This document shows positions 18,243 through 28,606 of a stretch of 64,000 bases of DNA, one piece after another. The position numbers and the translations under genes were made by a program. This DNA is from Candidatus Aenigmatarchaeota archaeon (GTDB lineage Archaea; Aenigmatarchaeota; Aenigmatarchaeia; CG10238-14; SpSt-28). The number at the start of each line of letters is the position of its first letter. Within the stretch, counting starts at the first letter, position 1. Below the pieces are notes generated by a model that did not search any database, was not told where the DNA came from, and saw nothing but the letters and a program-made list of their open reading frames with translations. Location of the stretch: positions 4,239-68,238 of the forward strand of contig JAVVFY010000002.1 in assembly GCA_032249395.1 (NCBI GenBank). The letters run 5' to 3'.

Positions 18243-18926
18243 ATGTAAAATTGGTAGTAGTAGATTTAAAATTTAAAAATAACATGCTCCTTCAGCGTAA
18301 TAAGCGACTTAATGTTAGAATGATTATAATAATTCTAATCCTTAATCTTTATTTTCAAATAGAGTTACTTTTTAAATTAATATACAATCTTTTTGCAAAT
18401 AAAACATTAGCAATTTTAGGTTACGCAGTATTTAAATATGTATTTAATTTAAAAATTTAAAAATTGAATACTTTTTGGTGAGCTTATGACGACAACGATA
18501 TTTGGACAATACATAGGATTTTGGTTTGGTACTTTAAGTGCAATATTCTTTTTACTTATTTTCTTAACTTGTAGAATTATGCCATTAAAGTTAATTAAAC
18601 TATGGGGAAGATTGTTCAACGTGGTGCATAAATGGGCATGGATTCTTGGCATTATTTCAGTTTTCTCTCATATAACTCTAATAACTTTAGCTTATGTTTT
18701 TGGAATTCGGCTATGAAAAGCAAATAAGCATGGTAATCAAAGTTAATAGTTATTGGATGTGTTAAGAATGTGGATTAAAATATGAAGATAAAAATTGGGC
18801 TGAAAAATGCGAAGCTTGGTGCAAAAAACATAAAAGTTGTAATTTAGAAATAACAAAACATGCCGTAAAAGTATAGAATAAAGTAAAAAAATTATTGTTA
18901 TATTTAAATTTAGCATAAAATAAAAT

Positions 18927-19283
18927 ATGAAAGTTTTTTGTGAAGTTATGTTGAAGCAAATATTCCCATCATTAAGAGCTAGTTTAGCTAGAGAGATGAT
19001 TAAAAGGTTTAAGATGAATCAAAAAGAAGTAGCAAAATATCTTGGAGTCTCTCAACCTGCAATATCTTATTATAAAAACAATTTAAGAGGAAAGTCTATG
19101 CTTTTTATTTCAAAAGAAAAAGCAATATCTATTGGAAAGAAGTTTTTAGAAAAAGCTATTAAAGAAAACACGAACATATATTTTAATATTTGCAATATTT
19201 GCAAAGAAGTTAGAAGAGAGGCATTTGGTAAAAAGATGCCAAAAGACTTTTTATGTCTAATTGAGATAAACAAGAAGATATAA
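18927..19283 (+). CDS. HTH domain protein, putative transcriptional regulator
   Basis: NQKEVAKYLGVSQPAISYY resembles a sigma-70 region-4/Tfx-like HTH. C-terminal CNICKEV cysteines are present. Confidence 0.35.
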   Translation: MKVFCEVMLKQIFPSLRASLAREMIKRFKMNQKEVAKYLGVSQPAISYYKNNLRGKSMLFISKEKAISIGKKFLEKAIKENTNIYFNICNICKEVRREAFGKKMPKDFLCLIEINKKI

Positions 19284-19338
19284 ATGAATAATTAATATAA
19301 AGGCAATGGAAAAGGATTTAAATACTAACAAAAATTAA

Positions 19339-19770
19339 TTGAAGATGAATCGACAAACTACAATCTTGATAATTGGAATATTAGTTATAATTGGCTTTAT
19401 AGCAATATTATCAAGTAGATATATTCTGGAAGCATTTCAAAACCAGAACGTTCAAACTACTATTAATGCAGTAACTCGACCTCCAGAAACACTATCGCAA
19501 CCAATTCAACAATCCCAACCTAGAATAATTGATGTGGAAATAAAAAATTTTGCTTTCAATCCAGAAACTATAAAAATAAAAGTCGGTGATACTGTAAGAT
19601 GGACTAACAAAGATTCTGTTCCCCATACTGCCACAGCTGACGATGGTAGCTTTGATACAGGTTATTTATCGTATGGGAAATCTAAAAGTATAACTTTTAG
19701 CAAATCGGGAACCTACGATTATTATTGTATACCACATCCTTGGATGAAAGGTAAAGTTATAGTAGAATAA
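19339..19770 (+). CDS. plastocyanin/azurin-like blue copper protein (cupredoxin) with N-terminal TM anchor
   Basis: Cu ligands in ...VPHTATADDGSFDTG...YDYYCIPHPWMKGKV (H...C..H..M). Confidence 0.7.
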   Translation: MKMNRQTTILIIGILVIIGFIAILSSRYILEAFQNQNVQTTINAVTRPPETLSQPIQQSQPRIIDVEIKNFAFNPETIKIKVGDTVRWTNKDSVPHTATADDGSFDTGYLSYGKSKSITFSKSGTYDYYCIPHPWMKGKVIVE

Positions 19771-19792
19771 AAAAAGTTATAGTAGAATAAAA
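19753..19792. repeat. perfect 20-bp tandem duplication (x2) spanning the cupredoxin stop codon
   Basis: AAAGTTATAGTAGAATAAAA is repeated twice with no mismatch. Confidence 0.9.
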
Positions 19793-20072
19793 TGGTAAAA
19801 CAAGCTATGCAATTAAAATTTAAAAATAGTTATTAAAAGAAATAGATTATCACAGAGATAAGCAAGAAACTCAAATTAAATCAAAGTTAAGCTTCCCATA
19901 ATTTAAAATGAATTAAATGTTGCGAATTCCATAGAAACAATACTATTATAAAGGTGAATGCGGAATAAGGGGTAATAAAAGGAGCGAATTTTAATTTAAT
20001 ATTCATACAGGCGTCGTTTTTCTTGTTAAGGCCTTATTTAATAGTTTTGTAATAAATATATGAGGTTAGACC

Positions 20073-20333
20073 ATGAGGAAAAAATACAAAATAATCTACT
20101 ATAGGGATGTGTGTATAGGCGCTGCTGGATGTGTAGCTGCGGCACCACAAATATGGGAACTTGATAAAGAGCGTAAAGCAGTTCTGAAAGGTGGTATTGA
20201 GACTGATGATCCGGATATTTTTGAGAAAGAAATAGATGAAGAAGAATTGCAAATTAATTTAGAAGCAGCCCAAGCTTGCCCAGTAAATGCAATTCATATA
20301 ATCGAAAAAGAAACAGGAAAGAAAATTATTTGA
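20073..20333 (+). CDS. small ferredoxin-like iron-sulfur protein
   Basis: CIGAAGCVAAAP...CPVNAI follows a mono-cluster ferredoxin pattern. Confidence 0.45.
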   Translation: MRKKYKIIYYRDVCIGAAGCVAAAPQIWELDKERKAVLKGGIETDDPDIFEKEIDEEELQINLEAAQACPVNAIHIIEKETGKKII

Positions 20334-20406
20334 TTACAAGTTTGATATCTTTTAATACTACTTGTGTGTTGTATCAATGTTTTTGAATCAAAAAACAAGA
20401 AATCTT

Positions 20407-21118
20407 ATGACGGCCAAAAGCGAAAATAAAGTTGCAATCGTTACAGGAGGCTCTAGAGGGATAGGAAAAAGCAATAGCTATTGCTTTAGCTAAAAAAGGT
20501 TATAATGTTGTCATTTGTTCTAGGAATAAAGACGAATTAAATAAAGCAAAAGAAGAATTAGAGAAATTTAATGTAAAGGTTCTTGCAGTCAAATGCGATG
20601 TTAGACATTATAAGCAAGTTAAGAATTTAGTAAAGAAAACAATAAAGGAATTTGGAAGAATTGACATTCTTATTAACAATGCTGGAATAGCTTTAAAGAA
20701 AAATGTTGTAGATACGAGCGAAGAGGAATGGGATAATATCATTGATACTAATTTAAAAGGACCTTTTCTATTTACAAAAGAAGTTCTACCTTTTATGATT
20801 AAACAAAAATCTGGTTGTATAGTTAACATAAGCTCTGGAGCTGGTAAAACTGGTTTTGCCGAATTTTCTGCATATTGTGCTAGTAAATTCGGTTTAATAG
20901 GATTTACAGAAAGTTTGGCAAAAGAAGTGAAAGATTATGGAATTAGAGTTTATGCAATTTGTCCTGGGCCGGTAGCCACAAAAATGCAAGAAGAAATAGT
21001 TGGAAAAATGTATCCTTTGATCAAACCTTTCATTCAAAAGCCAGAAGATGTAGCAAAGTTTGTTATAGAAGCAATAGAAGGAAAGTATGAAACTGGAAGT
21101 ATCATAGACACTTATTGA
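20407..21118 (+). pseudogene. short-chain dehydrogenase/reductase (SDR) disrupted by +1 frameshift in an A5 run
   Basis: MTAKSENKVAIVTGGSRGIGK then a frame loss at 20466-20470. Removing one A restores ...GKAIALALAKKGYNVVICSRN... through NAG and S...YxxxK to the C-terminus at 21118. Confidence 0.6.
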
Positions 21119-21167
21119 GATAACCTTGATAAAATGTTTCTCAACACAATCGCTTATAATAATAAAG

Positions 21168-21239
21168 TGGACCGGCCGGGATTCGAACCCGGAGCCTCCG
21201 CTTTGCAAGAGCGGCGATCTACCATTGATCTACCGGCCC
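21168..21239 (-). tRNA. tRNA-Ala (anticodon TGC)
   Basis: Reverse complement folds with acceptor GGGCCGG/CCGGTCC, including the G3:U70 Ala identity pair. Anticodon loop is CUUGCAA; T-arm CCGGG-TTCGAAT-CCCGG. Confidence 0.9.
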
Positions 21240-21278
21240 TTCTATAAAATATTGATTTAAAACGATAAATTAGTATAA

Positions 21279-22307
21279 TTAAATTTTTCTTCTAATTCTC
21301 CTCAAAAGCTCTATGTTATCGCAAGCCCTCTTAACGTGACAACCTTTGCAAACTCTTTCTACGTAATTTGGTAGCTTACTTTTTGGGGGAATTTTTCCAG
21401 TAGAATAAAAAATTTCTATTTTTCTCTTTAATTTAAAGAATTCTCTTTTTAATTTCTCATTTATTTCTACTCTAACTAGAGAATTCGTCTGAAAGTAGAC
21501 TATGTAAGAATATTTAACCTCCTTTCTAAAATAATTACTTAATAATATACTTTCTCCTATTGCTTGAAGTAAATGCTCTTTTTTAATTCTACCTTTAAAC
21601 TCAGCATATTTAATTTCGATTGGAACTAAATCATCATTTTTAAACCCTATAACGTCTATAGAACCAATGACACCATCTTTTATTGATTCTATAGTTTTTT
21701 CTGAATATATTTTAATGAAGTTCTCCTCTTTTATCAGTTCTAAAAATCTCTTAAGAAATTCCTCTAATGTCTTTTTTTCAATTTGTATTAAGCCTTCATA
21801 CTTTTTTAAAACTTGTTCTACAGATTTTGATATCAAAAAATTTTCGTCTTTTTCTACACTCATGTTATCTAACATTAATTTCAATGCAAAATGAACGGCT
21901 TCTCCATCCCAAACTTTCCCTATTTTCTCTTTTTCCTGTCTTGAGAGAACAATCTTCTCTAACCATAATCTTCTTGGACACTGATAAAACTTAGCAACTT
22001 CTAGTGGAGTAATAAAAACCTTTTTAATTCTTCTTATTCTACCTATAAATCTATTCTTTAAATCTGAAATGATATCATCTGGAATTTTACCAATTTTAAC
22101 AATTCCTTTCCTGCTTTCTATTAGTTTTCTAGAAGAAAGTTCTTGCAAAATCAAAAATAGATAGTCAGAGGATACTATACTGTTTTCAAAACAAATCATT
22201 ATAATATCATCTATCTTCAACTCTTTTCCTTCATTTCTTCTTAATATATCAATTATTTTATCGAATACATTCTCTTCAATCACTAATTCTAACCTAATAA
22301 AAATCAC
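21279..22307 (-). CDS. Cas4-family (DUF83) PD-(D/E)xK nuclease with ~100-aa N-terminal extension
   Basis: FYQCPRRLWL N-terminal Cys motif, a RecB-like core (DVIG...VPIEIKYAE) and a C-terminal Cys triad (CKGCHVKRAC). Confidence 0.55.
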   Translation of the reverse strand: MIFIRLELVIEENVFDKIIDILRRNEGKELKIDDIIMICFENSIVSSDYLFLILQELSSRKLIESRKGIVKIGKIPDDIISDLKNRFIGRIRRIKKVFITPLEVAKFYQCPRRLWLEKIVLSRQEKEKIGKVWDGEAVHFALKLMLDNMSVEKDENFLISKSVEQVLKKYEGLIQIEKKTLEEFLKRFLELIKEENFIKIYSEKTIESIKDGVIGSIDVIGFKNDDLVPIEIKYAEFKGRIKKEHLLQAIGESILLSNYFRKEVKYSYIVYFQTNSLVRVEINEKLKREFFKLKRKIEIFYSTGKIPPKSKLPNYVERVCKGCHVKRACDNIELLRRIRRKI

Positions 22308-22315
22308 CGCTTAGA

Positions 22316-22477
22316 TTATTGCATCTTTTTTATCCACTTTAACTTTTCTTTTTTCCTTCCCATAAGATAGTATCTTTCGCACTTTCGGGAACAAAAGTAT
22401 AGTATCTCTCCTTTAGTTCTTACAAAAATTTTCCCTGTACCTGGTCTTATTTCTGAATTACAAAAACTACATATCAT
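22316..22477 (-). CDS. rpl24e: 50S ribosomal protein L24e
   Basis: Translated by hand; the ORF is below the track threshold. [37 protein letters not shown] is the L24e zinc-ribbon signature. Confidence 0.75.
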   Translation of the reverse strand: MICSFCNSEIRPGTGKIFVRTKGEILYFCSRKCERYYLMGRKKEKLKWIKKMQ

Positions 22478-22481
22478 AAGA

Positions 22482-22688
22482 TTACCTTTGTTCCAACTTT
22501 AAAGCTACCTCCATTTCTATTTCTCTTAACATTAATATATCTCCAACTCTAACTGGACCAACAACATTTCTTATCAAAATCTTCCCGACTTCAGGACCTT
22601 CTATCAATCTACATCTAACTTGTTTAACACCTTTTACTCCTGAAGCTTCCAGAACTTCTATCACTTCGGCTGCGTAAGCATCTTTCAT
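22482..22688 (-). CDS. rps28e: 30S ribosomal protein S28e
   Basis: AEVIEVLE...[33 protein letters not shown] matches S28e. Confidence 0.8.
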   Translation of the reverse strand: MKDAYAAEVIEVLEASGVKGVKQVRCRLIEGPEVGKILIRNVVGPVRVGDILMLREIEMEVALKLEQR

Positions 22689-22701
22689 TCAAATCACTTC
22701 T

Positions 22702-23124
22702 TTATTTCCTTATTTCCTTTATTTCTCTTATAATATCTTCCAATAATTTAGAATATTCTCCTGCATCTATTATAGCAACAGTAGCTGCAGATACTTCAAT
22801 CCCTGATGCTTTTCCAAGTTCAAGTTTAGATGGAACATATGTATAAGGAACCCCCTTTTCTTCGCATAAAGGAGGCAGATGCATAACTATTTCCTCTGGC
22901 TCAACATCCATAGCGATAACAACAAGCTTCGCTTTTCCCCTATCTACTGCTTTAGTAACTTCATTAGTACCTCTTCTAATCATTTTTTCCTCCAACGTCT
23001 TTCCCTCTTTTTTTAATGCCTCCTCTTTATTTTTTTGTAACGCAGCAACAGATTCTACCAACTTCAAAGTTTTCTTAATTAATTCTTCTGTTGGCTCAAA
23101 CTTCACATATGCTTTCTTCTCCAT
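22702..23124 (-). CDS. rpl7ae: 50S ribosomal protein L7Ae
   Basis: [46 protein letters not shown] matches L7Ae. Confidence 0.85.
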   Translation of the reverse strand: MEKKAYVKFEPTEELIKKTLKLVESVAALQKNKEEALKKEGKTLEEKMIRRGTNEVTKAVDRGKAKLVVIAMDVEPEEIVMHLPPLCEEKGVPYTYVPSKLELGKASGIEVSAATVAIIDAGEYSKLLEDIIREIKEIRK

Positions 23125-23434
23125 TCACATCGCCCCCTCTTTATTAATTTTTTAAATACCTTTAAATTTAAAGCCCAATCTAACTTCAGTTTTTTTAAAT
23201 ATAAATAATTTCATGGTATTAAAACATATAAATATCTAAAAAGGCGAAAAAGTATTAATCCAAAAAGAAAAGAATATTACAACCAGTACAACTTTAAGTT
23301 CTCTTTAAATTAACTTTGTCTTTTTATTTTGGATAATGAAGCAGACATCGTACTCAATGGGTATAAACCAAGAATACATAGAAAGGAAGATTTATTAAAA
23401 AACTAAACATAGCGAAATGCGTCCACAAAGTAAA

Positions 23435-25096
23435 TTATTTATGTGCAAAGTAAAAAGTAAAAGTCTTTTTATCGTCTAGTCTACAAAAGCCAATCCTATA
23501 AAATTGAACTATATCTCCCTCTTTTAATTCCTTAATTCCTCCTTCAGCTATAGCTTCTTTCTCTTTTCCATTTGGCATAACTATTATTATATTGACATTT
23601 GGTGACGATACCCAATGTATTTTTGGTATTTCTTGAGTTACTTCTTCGCTAATAAACTTAGATACCTCCTCTAATTTTATAGTACACATTCCTATTAAAC
23701 CAACAATGCTTCCTTTCAATTTTTCAAAATCCTCTTTTTCTACGTATATTTCTTTTGGGTTGACTAATATTTCTCTTACTCCTCTGTCCAAAAAGTCTGG
23801 ATGACGTCTAATAGAAATTTTTTCTATAGGATAATCAAGTTCTATTCTGAAAGGATTCAAAACTGCGAAGTATCTGTTGGCAATTTTATCAACAATTTTT
23901 CTATTTTCAGAGTATAGTATTTCTATTGGCATTGTGATATCGGCTTCGCTCAATCCTAACTTTAAAATAAAATTCCTTATAGCCTCCGGTTGGAATCCTC
24001 TCTTTCTTAAGGATTGTAAACTCCATGTTCTAGGATCGTCCCACCCTTTTATTTCTCCTTTCTCGATCATTTTCCTAGTTTTTGATTTACTAAGCTTAGC
24101 ACCCTCCTCCTTAAGTTTTAATAAACCATAGTGAATAAATTTTGCTTTTCTCCAACCAAAAATGTTCCAAATGTATTCTTGCATCATATCCTCTATTACG
24201 AGCTCCTTTCCTCTCAATATATGAGTAGTTCCAATAAGATAATCATCTATTGCCCAAGAAAATTCCAACATAGGCCAAACTCTATATTTTCTCCCAACTC
24301 TTGGATGTTCCCTCTCGCTAATTCTAAGCAAAACTCTATCCCTAAATGCTGGATTAGGATGCTTCATATCAGTTTTTAATCTAACCACCGCTTTTCCTTC
24401 TTCTATCTTTCCTTCTAACATTTGTTTAAATAATTCTAAGTTTTCTTCTACGGTTCTTTTTCTACATAAACATTCAATACCTAATCTTCTATTCTTTTTT
24501 ATTTCATCTTTACTGCAAGTACAAACATAGGCTTTTCCAATTTTTATTAACTCCTCCGCATATTTATAGTAAATCTCAAGTCTGTCAGATTTATACATAA
24601 CTTCATGATATTCTACACCAAGCCAATCTAAACCATCTTTTATAAGTTCATACGCTTCCTTATCTATAGGCTTCTCTTCGCTTCCAATAGTATCGTCATA
24701 AAATAAAATGAGCTTCCCACCATATCTTTTAACATAATAGTCGTTAAGTATTGCCATTCTTGCGTTTCCTATATGAAGAGGTCCGGAAGGAAAAGGAGCC
24801 AACCTCATTATAACCTTTCCGTATTCTGCTGACTCTAATTCTGGCAAAATTTCCTTCTTTTCTTCTTTTTTAACTTCATGAATACCTAATTCAAAAATCT
24901 TCTTTTCTATTTCGCTAGTAGACATAGAATTTACTTCAGTAACAACATCCTTAACAATCTCTATTAAATCCTTAATTTTTCCCTTAGCATCCGGCACCTC
25001 TGCCAAAATCTTTTTTATTACTGCATCCTGACTAGCTTTCCCATATTTTTTTGCATTTAGCAAAGAATATTTTAGTGCTATCTCCCTCAAATCCAT
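23435..25096 (-). CDS. gltX: glutamyl-tRNA synthetase (archaeal type)
   Basis: Class I HIGH-type motif (PSGPLHIGNARMAILN) and a KMSKS-type motif (AKLSKSK). Confidence 0.85.
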   Translation of the reverse strand: MDLREIALKYSLLNAKKYGKASQDAVIKKILAEVPDAKGKIKDLIEIVKDVVTEVNSMSTSEIEKKIFELGIHEVKKEEKKEILPELESAEYGKVIMRLAPFPSGPLHIGNARMAILNDYYVKRYGGKLILFYDDTIGSEEKPIDKEAYELIKDGLDWLGVEYHEVMYKSDRLEIYYKYAEELIKIGKAYVCTCSKDEIKKNRRLGIECLCRKRTVEENLELFKQMLEGKIEEGKAVVRLKTDMKHPNPAFRDRVLLRISEREHPRVGRKYRVWPMLEFSWAIDDYLIGTTHILRGKELVIEDMMQEYIWNIFGWRKAKFIHYGLLKLKEEGAKLSKSKTRKMIEKGEIKGWDDPRTWSLQSLRKRGFQPEAIRNFILKLGLSEADITMPIEILYSENRKIVDKIANRYFAVLNPFRIELDYPIEKISIRRHPDFLDRGVREILVNPKEIYVEKEDFEKLKGSIVGLIGMCTIKLEEVSKFISEEVTQEIPKIHWVSSPNVNIIIVMPNGKEKEAIAEGGIKELKEGDIVQFYRIGFCRLDDKKTFTFYFAHK

Positions 25097-25146
25097 AAAA
25101 ATCTTAAAATTGAATAATATTTAAATAACAATACATAAAGTCCTAT

Positions 25147-25428
25147 ATGGGAAGCGATAAACCATTAACTTATTTTCTGCATGTGAAACCAATCAAAATT
25201 CTACTTGCCTTAAGAAATGGACCAAAATATGTAGCAAGAATAGCAAAAGAGGCAGATATAACTTATTCTCATGCAATAAAGTTATTAGACATTTTTAATG
25301 AGTTAGGTCTAGTAGAATTCGAAGAAAAAGGAAGAATAAAAATGGTTAAACTAACACTTTCAGGAGAAGAAATTGCAAGAGCTTGTGAGAATTTGGTTTC
25401 AAAGCTTTCTAAGTTGAAAAAATCTTAA
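25147..25428 (+). CDS. small winged-helix protein, putative transcriptional regulator
   Basis: 93-aa ORF with KYVARIAKEADITYSHAIKLLDIFNELGLVEF, a wHTH-like segment. Confidence 0.35.
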   Translation: MGSDKPLTYFLHVKPIKILLALRNGPKYVARIAKEADITYSHAIKLLDIFNELGLVEFEEKGRIKMVKLTLSGEEIARACENLVSKLSKLKKS

Positions 25429-25430
25429 AA

Positions 25431-26354
25431 TTATTCTAAAATAGTTACGTGTTTCATTCCCTTAGAATACCATTCTCTAAGCTGATCTTCCGTATAAAGC
25501 TCGTATTCATTAGCTAAATATCTTGAATGACCTGTTAATCTATCAACTATCGGTGCTGGTACACCACCTGAAATTAATTGAGTTTTGAACCATTTTCTTA
25601 AACAATGAGCATGCAACGAATATCTTTTACCAATTTTTTTAGAATATTTTCTAAAAACTCTCTCTAATAAATAGTGAATATTTTGATAGCTCATAGGCTT
25701 ACCATCTTCTCTGGCTATAACCGGAGAGTTTTCATTCAATTCTTCACCCAAACTTCTTCTTTGATTCAAATATTCTTGCAGAAAATTCTTCGCCTCTATG
25801 CTAATAAAAGTTATTCTAGACTTTCTCTCCTTAGCTCCAATACCTTTTATTTTAACAGATGGTATTTCTTTAGACAAGTCAATATCCCCAAGCCTCAAAT
25901 TATGAAGCTCCCCAATTCTAATTCCTGAAGAAGCAAGAATTGTTATAATGACCTTCATTCTTAAATCTACTTCCAACAATATTTTCTTTAAATCCTCCTT
26001 ATTCGGTAAAACATCTTCATGTACATTAAATATTTTTAGTGGAATGTCAACATTAACCGCCAATCCATTTGCACTAAAGAATTTCTTTAAAGACGATAAC
26101 CAAGCTGCTACAGTCTTTGGAGCTAAATTTTTCCCAGCCAAGTAAACACCAAAATCTTTTACTATCTCATTTTGATTTTGATTTTTTCTAACTTCTTCAA
26201 TAAAAGAATCCAAATCTTGGATCTGCTTATAAACAACAAACTTAAGTAGACCTTTTAAATAAGTTTTTTTAGTGTTCTCACTTCTCGTTAATAAGTTAAG
26301 CTCTCCAAGCATTTTTTTAACGCTTTCGAAATTCTCTATATCTTTAATCTTCAT
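25431..26354 (-). CDS. tyrosine recombinase, XerA/XerC-like (phage integrase family)
   Basis: Box I SSGIRIGEL. Box II HCLRKWF...LTGHS...YLANEY carries the R...HxxR...H...Y catalytic pattern. Confidence 0.7.
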   Translation of the reverse strand: MKIKDIENFESVKKMLGELNLLTRSENTKKTYLKGLLKFVVYKQIQDLDSFIEEVRKNQNQNEIVKDFGVYLAGKNLAPKTVAAWLSSLKKFFSANGLAVNVDIPLKIFNVHEDVLPNKEDLKKILLEVDLRMKVIITILASSGIRIGELHNLRLGDIDLSKEIPSVKIKGIGAKERKSRITFISIEAKNFLQEYLNQRRSLGEELNENSPVIAREDGKPMSYQNIHYLLERVFRKYSKKIGKRYSLHAHCLRKWFKTQLISGGVPAPIVDRLTGHSRYLANEYELYTEDQLREWYSKGMKHVTILE

Positions 26355-26372
26355 TAAAATTATAAAAATTTT

Positions 26373-26561
26373 CTATTTTTTAACTTTGATTGCATTAACT
26401 GGACACATATTTGCAACTTCTTTTATTTTCTCCAAATGAGCTCCATCTTCATTTCTTACTATTGCTTTACCATCGTCTTCCATCTCAAAAACTTCTGGCA
26501 ACATAGATGCACACAAACCACAACCTATGCAAATATCTTTATCTACCCACACTTTTGGCAT
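26373..26561 (-). CDS. 4Fe-4S ferredoxin, small
   Basis: CIGCGLCASMLPEVF...CPVNAI. Confidence 0.55.
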   Translation of the reverse strand: MPKVWVDKDICIGCGLCASMLPEVFEMEDDGKAIVRNEDGAHLEKIKEVANMCPVNAIKVKK

Positions 26562-26604
26562 AAATATCCCCTTATTAAGATTATTTGCTAAATATTTAAG
26601 GCAA

Positions 26605-27459
26605 TCAATATCTTATTACTTTCTTTATAACTTCTGGAATAAATTCAATCAAATCTGTTGGCAGAATTCCTTCGCTTAACTTTTTAGAAGCTAGCTCACC
26701 GGCTTTACCATTAACAAAAGCTGCAGCACATGCAGCAGTAAAATTATCTACTTTTCTAGCTAAATAAGCAGCAAGAATTCCAGCCAAAGTATTACCAAAA
26801 CCAGCCTTTGTCATTGTTGTTGAACCAGAAGTATTTATAGCAACTCTAGTACCATCAGAAATAACATCAAAATGACCCTTTAATAAAACTGTTACTGAAT
26901 ATTCTTTTGCAAAATTTTTGACAGCATTTATTCTTTCATTCAAATCATTACTAACTTTTATCCCACTTAAAACAAAAAATTCGTAAGAATGTGGAGTCAA
27001 AACAAAATTTTTTCCTCTTAACTCATTTTTGTATTTCGCAAAAGCATATATTGCGTCATCGTCTATAACTACCGGCTTATCTATTCTCTTTAAGTACTCG
27101 AAAATTGCCTCCATAACTTTTTCGTCTCTTGTTAAACCACCACCTACTTCAATAGCATCTCTTTTATAAGAAATTTTAACAAGCTCTTCTATAACTTCAT
27201 TCGAAAGAAAATCTCCTTTAAAAGGATGAACCATTAAGTTTGGAGAATAACTTGCTATTATTTTAGAAGCTTCCTCAGGAGCAGCAATTGTAACCCAATC
27301 CACCCCAGCTCTATAAGCAGACAAAGCTACTAAAATTGGTGTTGTTGGATAAAGTTTACTTCCTCCTATAACCAACAAATTTCCAAAATCATGCTTGCGA
27401 GCCCAATCGTCTCTTTTTTTATAAATTTTTTTCAATATACTCCAATCAACTTTTTCCAT
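26605..27459 (-). CDS. nnrD: ADP-dependent NAD(P)H-hydrate dehydratase (YjeF C-terminal domain family)
   Basis: LVIGGSKLYPTTPILVALSAYRAGVD...GSTTMTKAGFGNTLAGILAAYLA shows ribokinase-like-fold YjeF-C motifs. Confidence 0.6.
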   Translation of the reverse strand: MEKVDWSILKKIYKKRDDWARKHDFGNLLVIGGSKLYPTTPILVALSAYRAGVDWVTIAAPEEASKIIASYSPNLMVHPFKGDFLSNEVIEELVKISYKRDAIEVGGGLTRDEKVMEAIFEYLKRIDKPVVIDDDAIYAFAKYKNELRGKNFVLTPHSYEFFVLSGIKVSNDLNERINAVKNFAKEYSVTVLLKGHFDVISDGTRVAINTSGSTTMTKAGFGNTLAGILAAYLARKVDNFTAACAAAFVNGKAGELASKKLSEGILPTDLIEFIPEVIKKVIRY

Positions 27460-27526
27460 AAAAATCTTTTTATTAATTTCTAAAAAAGCTTAAAAACTTT
27501 TCTTTTAGTTTTCAAAATAAATAAAA

Positions 27527-28564
27527 GTGGTGTTTATGGTAAACGTTGCTGTTCATGGAATAGGAACAATCGGAAAAAGAATTGCTCATGCAGTAAAATT
27601 GCAGAAGGACATGAAGTTGAAAGCAATAGTTGGATATTCTCCAGATGCAACAATAAAAACACTTTTGGAACCGCATGGCCCACTATATGGCACAGATCTT
27701 TATGCAACAAATGAAGAGTCGCTAAAGAAATTCAGAGACGCTAAAATGATTGTCAATGGAACTTTAGAAGACCTTTTGAAAAAGGGAGAAATTGATGTAA
27801 TAATTGATGCAACACCAGAAGGTTTAGGAAAAGAATACAGAGACAAATACTACTCCAAGTACAACGTTAAAGCAATATTTCAAGGTGGAGAAGATGCAGA
27901 TGTTGCAGAGATGACTTTTAATGCAATAGTAAATTATGAAAAAGCTTTTGGAAAAAAATTCATTAGAGTTCCCAGTTGCAATACAACAGGTTTAATAAGA
28001 ACTTTAAGCGCAATCGAAAAGTTTGGAATTGCTTATGTTTTCGTTGCTATTGCGAGAAGAGCAGCAGATCCTCATGAATATAAAAAAGGTCCAATAAATG
28101 CAGTTGAATTTGAGGAGGTACCATCTCATCATGGAGAAGATGTTAGAACAGTTTTAACAAACTTAAACATCTTCACAATGGCCATAAAAGTTCCAACTAC
28201 TCTGGCTCATACTCATATGGTAGAAGCAACACTTATGAAAAAAGTTAGCAAAGAAGATATAATAAAAGCATTTGAAGATCAAACAAGAGTTGTTTTGTTA
28301 GACATGAAAGAGTATCCAGCTACATCTAAAATTATAGAAAAGTTCAGAGATTATTGCAGGCCTAGAAATGATATGTATGAAATTGTTGTATTAAGAGATA
28401 GCATAAGCGTAGAAGGAAATAAAGTAAGATGGATGCAAGTTGTTCATCAGGAAGCTGATGTTATTCCAGAAAACATTGATGCTATAAGAGCTATAACTGG
28501 AATAGAAAATGACAAGTGGAAAAGCATAAAAATGACGAATGAAAGTTTAGGAATTCTGAAATAA
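27527..28564 (+). CDS. gap: glyceraldehyde-3-phosphate dehydrogenase, archaeal type II
   Basis: VAVHGIGTIGKRIA N-terminal Rossmann segment and the active-site VPSCNTTGL. Confidence 0.85.
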   Translation: MVFMVNVAVHGIGTIGKRIAHAVKLQKDMKLKAIVGYSPDATIKTLLEPHGPLYGTDLYATNEESLKKFRDAKMIVNGTLEDLLKKGEIDVIIDATPEGLGKEYRDKYYSKYNVKAIFQGGEDADVAEMTFNAIVNYEKAFGKKFIRVPSCNTTGLIRTLSAIEKFGIAYVFVAIARRAADPHEYKKGPINAVEFEEVPSHHGEDVRTVLTNLNIFTMAIKVPTTLAHTHMVEATLMKKVSKEDIIKAFEDQTRVVLLDMKEYPATSKIIEKFRDYCRPRNDMYEIVVLRDSISVEGNKVRWMQVVHQEADVIPENIDAIRAITGIENDKWKSIKMTNESLGILK

Positions 28565-28606
28565 ACTCTTTTCTTCTTTTCTTTTTAATTTTTCTACTTC
28601 TTATAT

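Noticed and set aside
18251-18716. Three short overlapping ORFs downstream of the CDF transporter
   Set aside because: Very AT-rich, overlapping and mutually exclusive frames with no motifs. One, 18486-18716, has two TM-like helices and could be a small membrane protein, but it lacks support.
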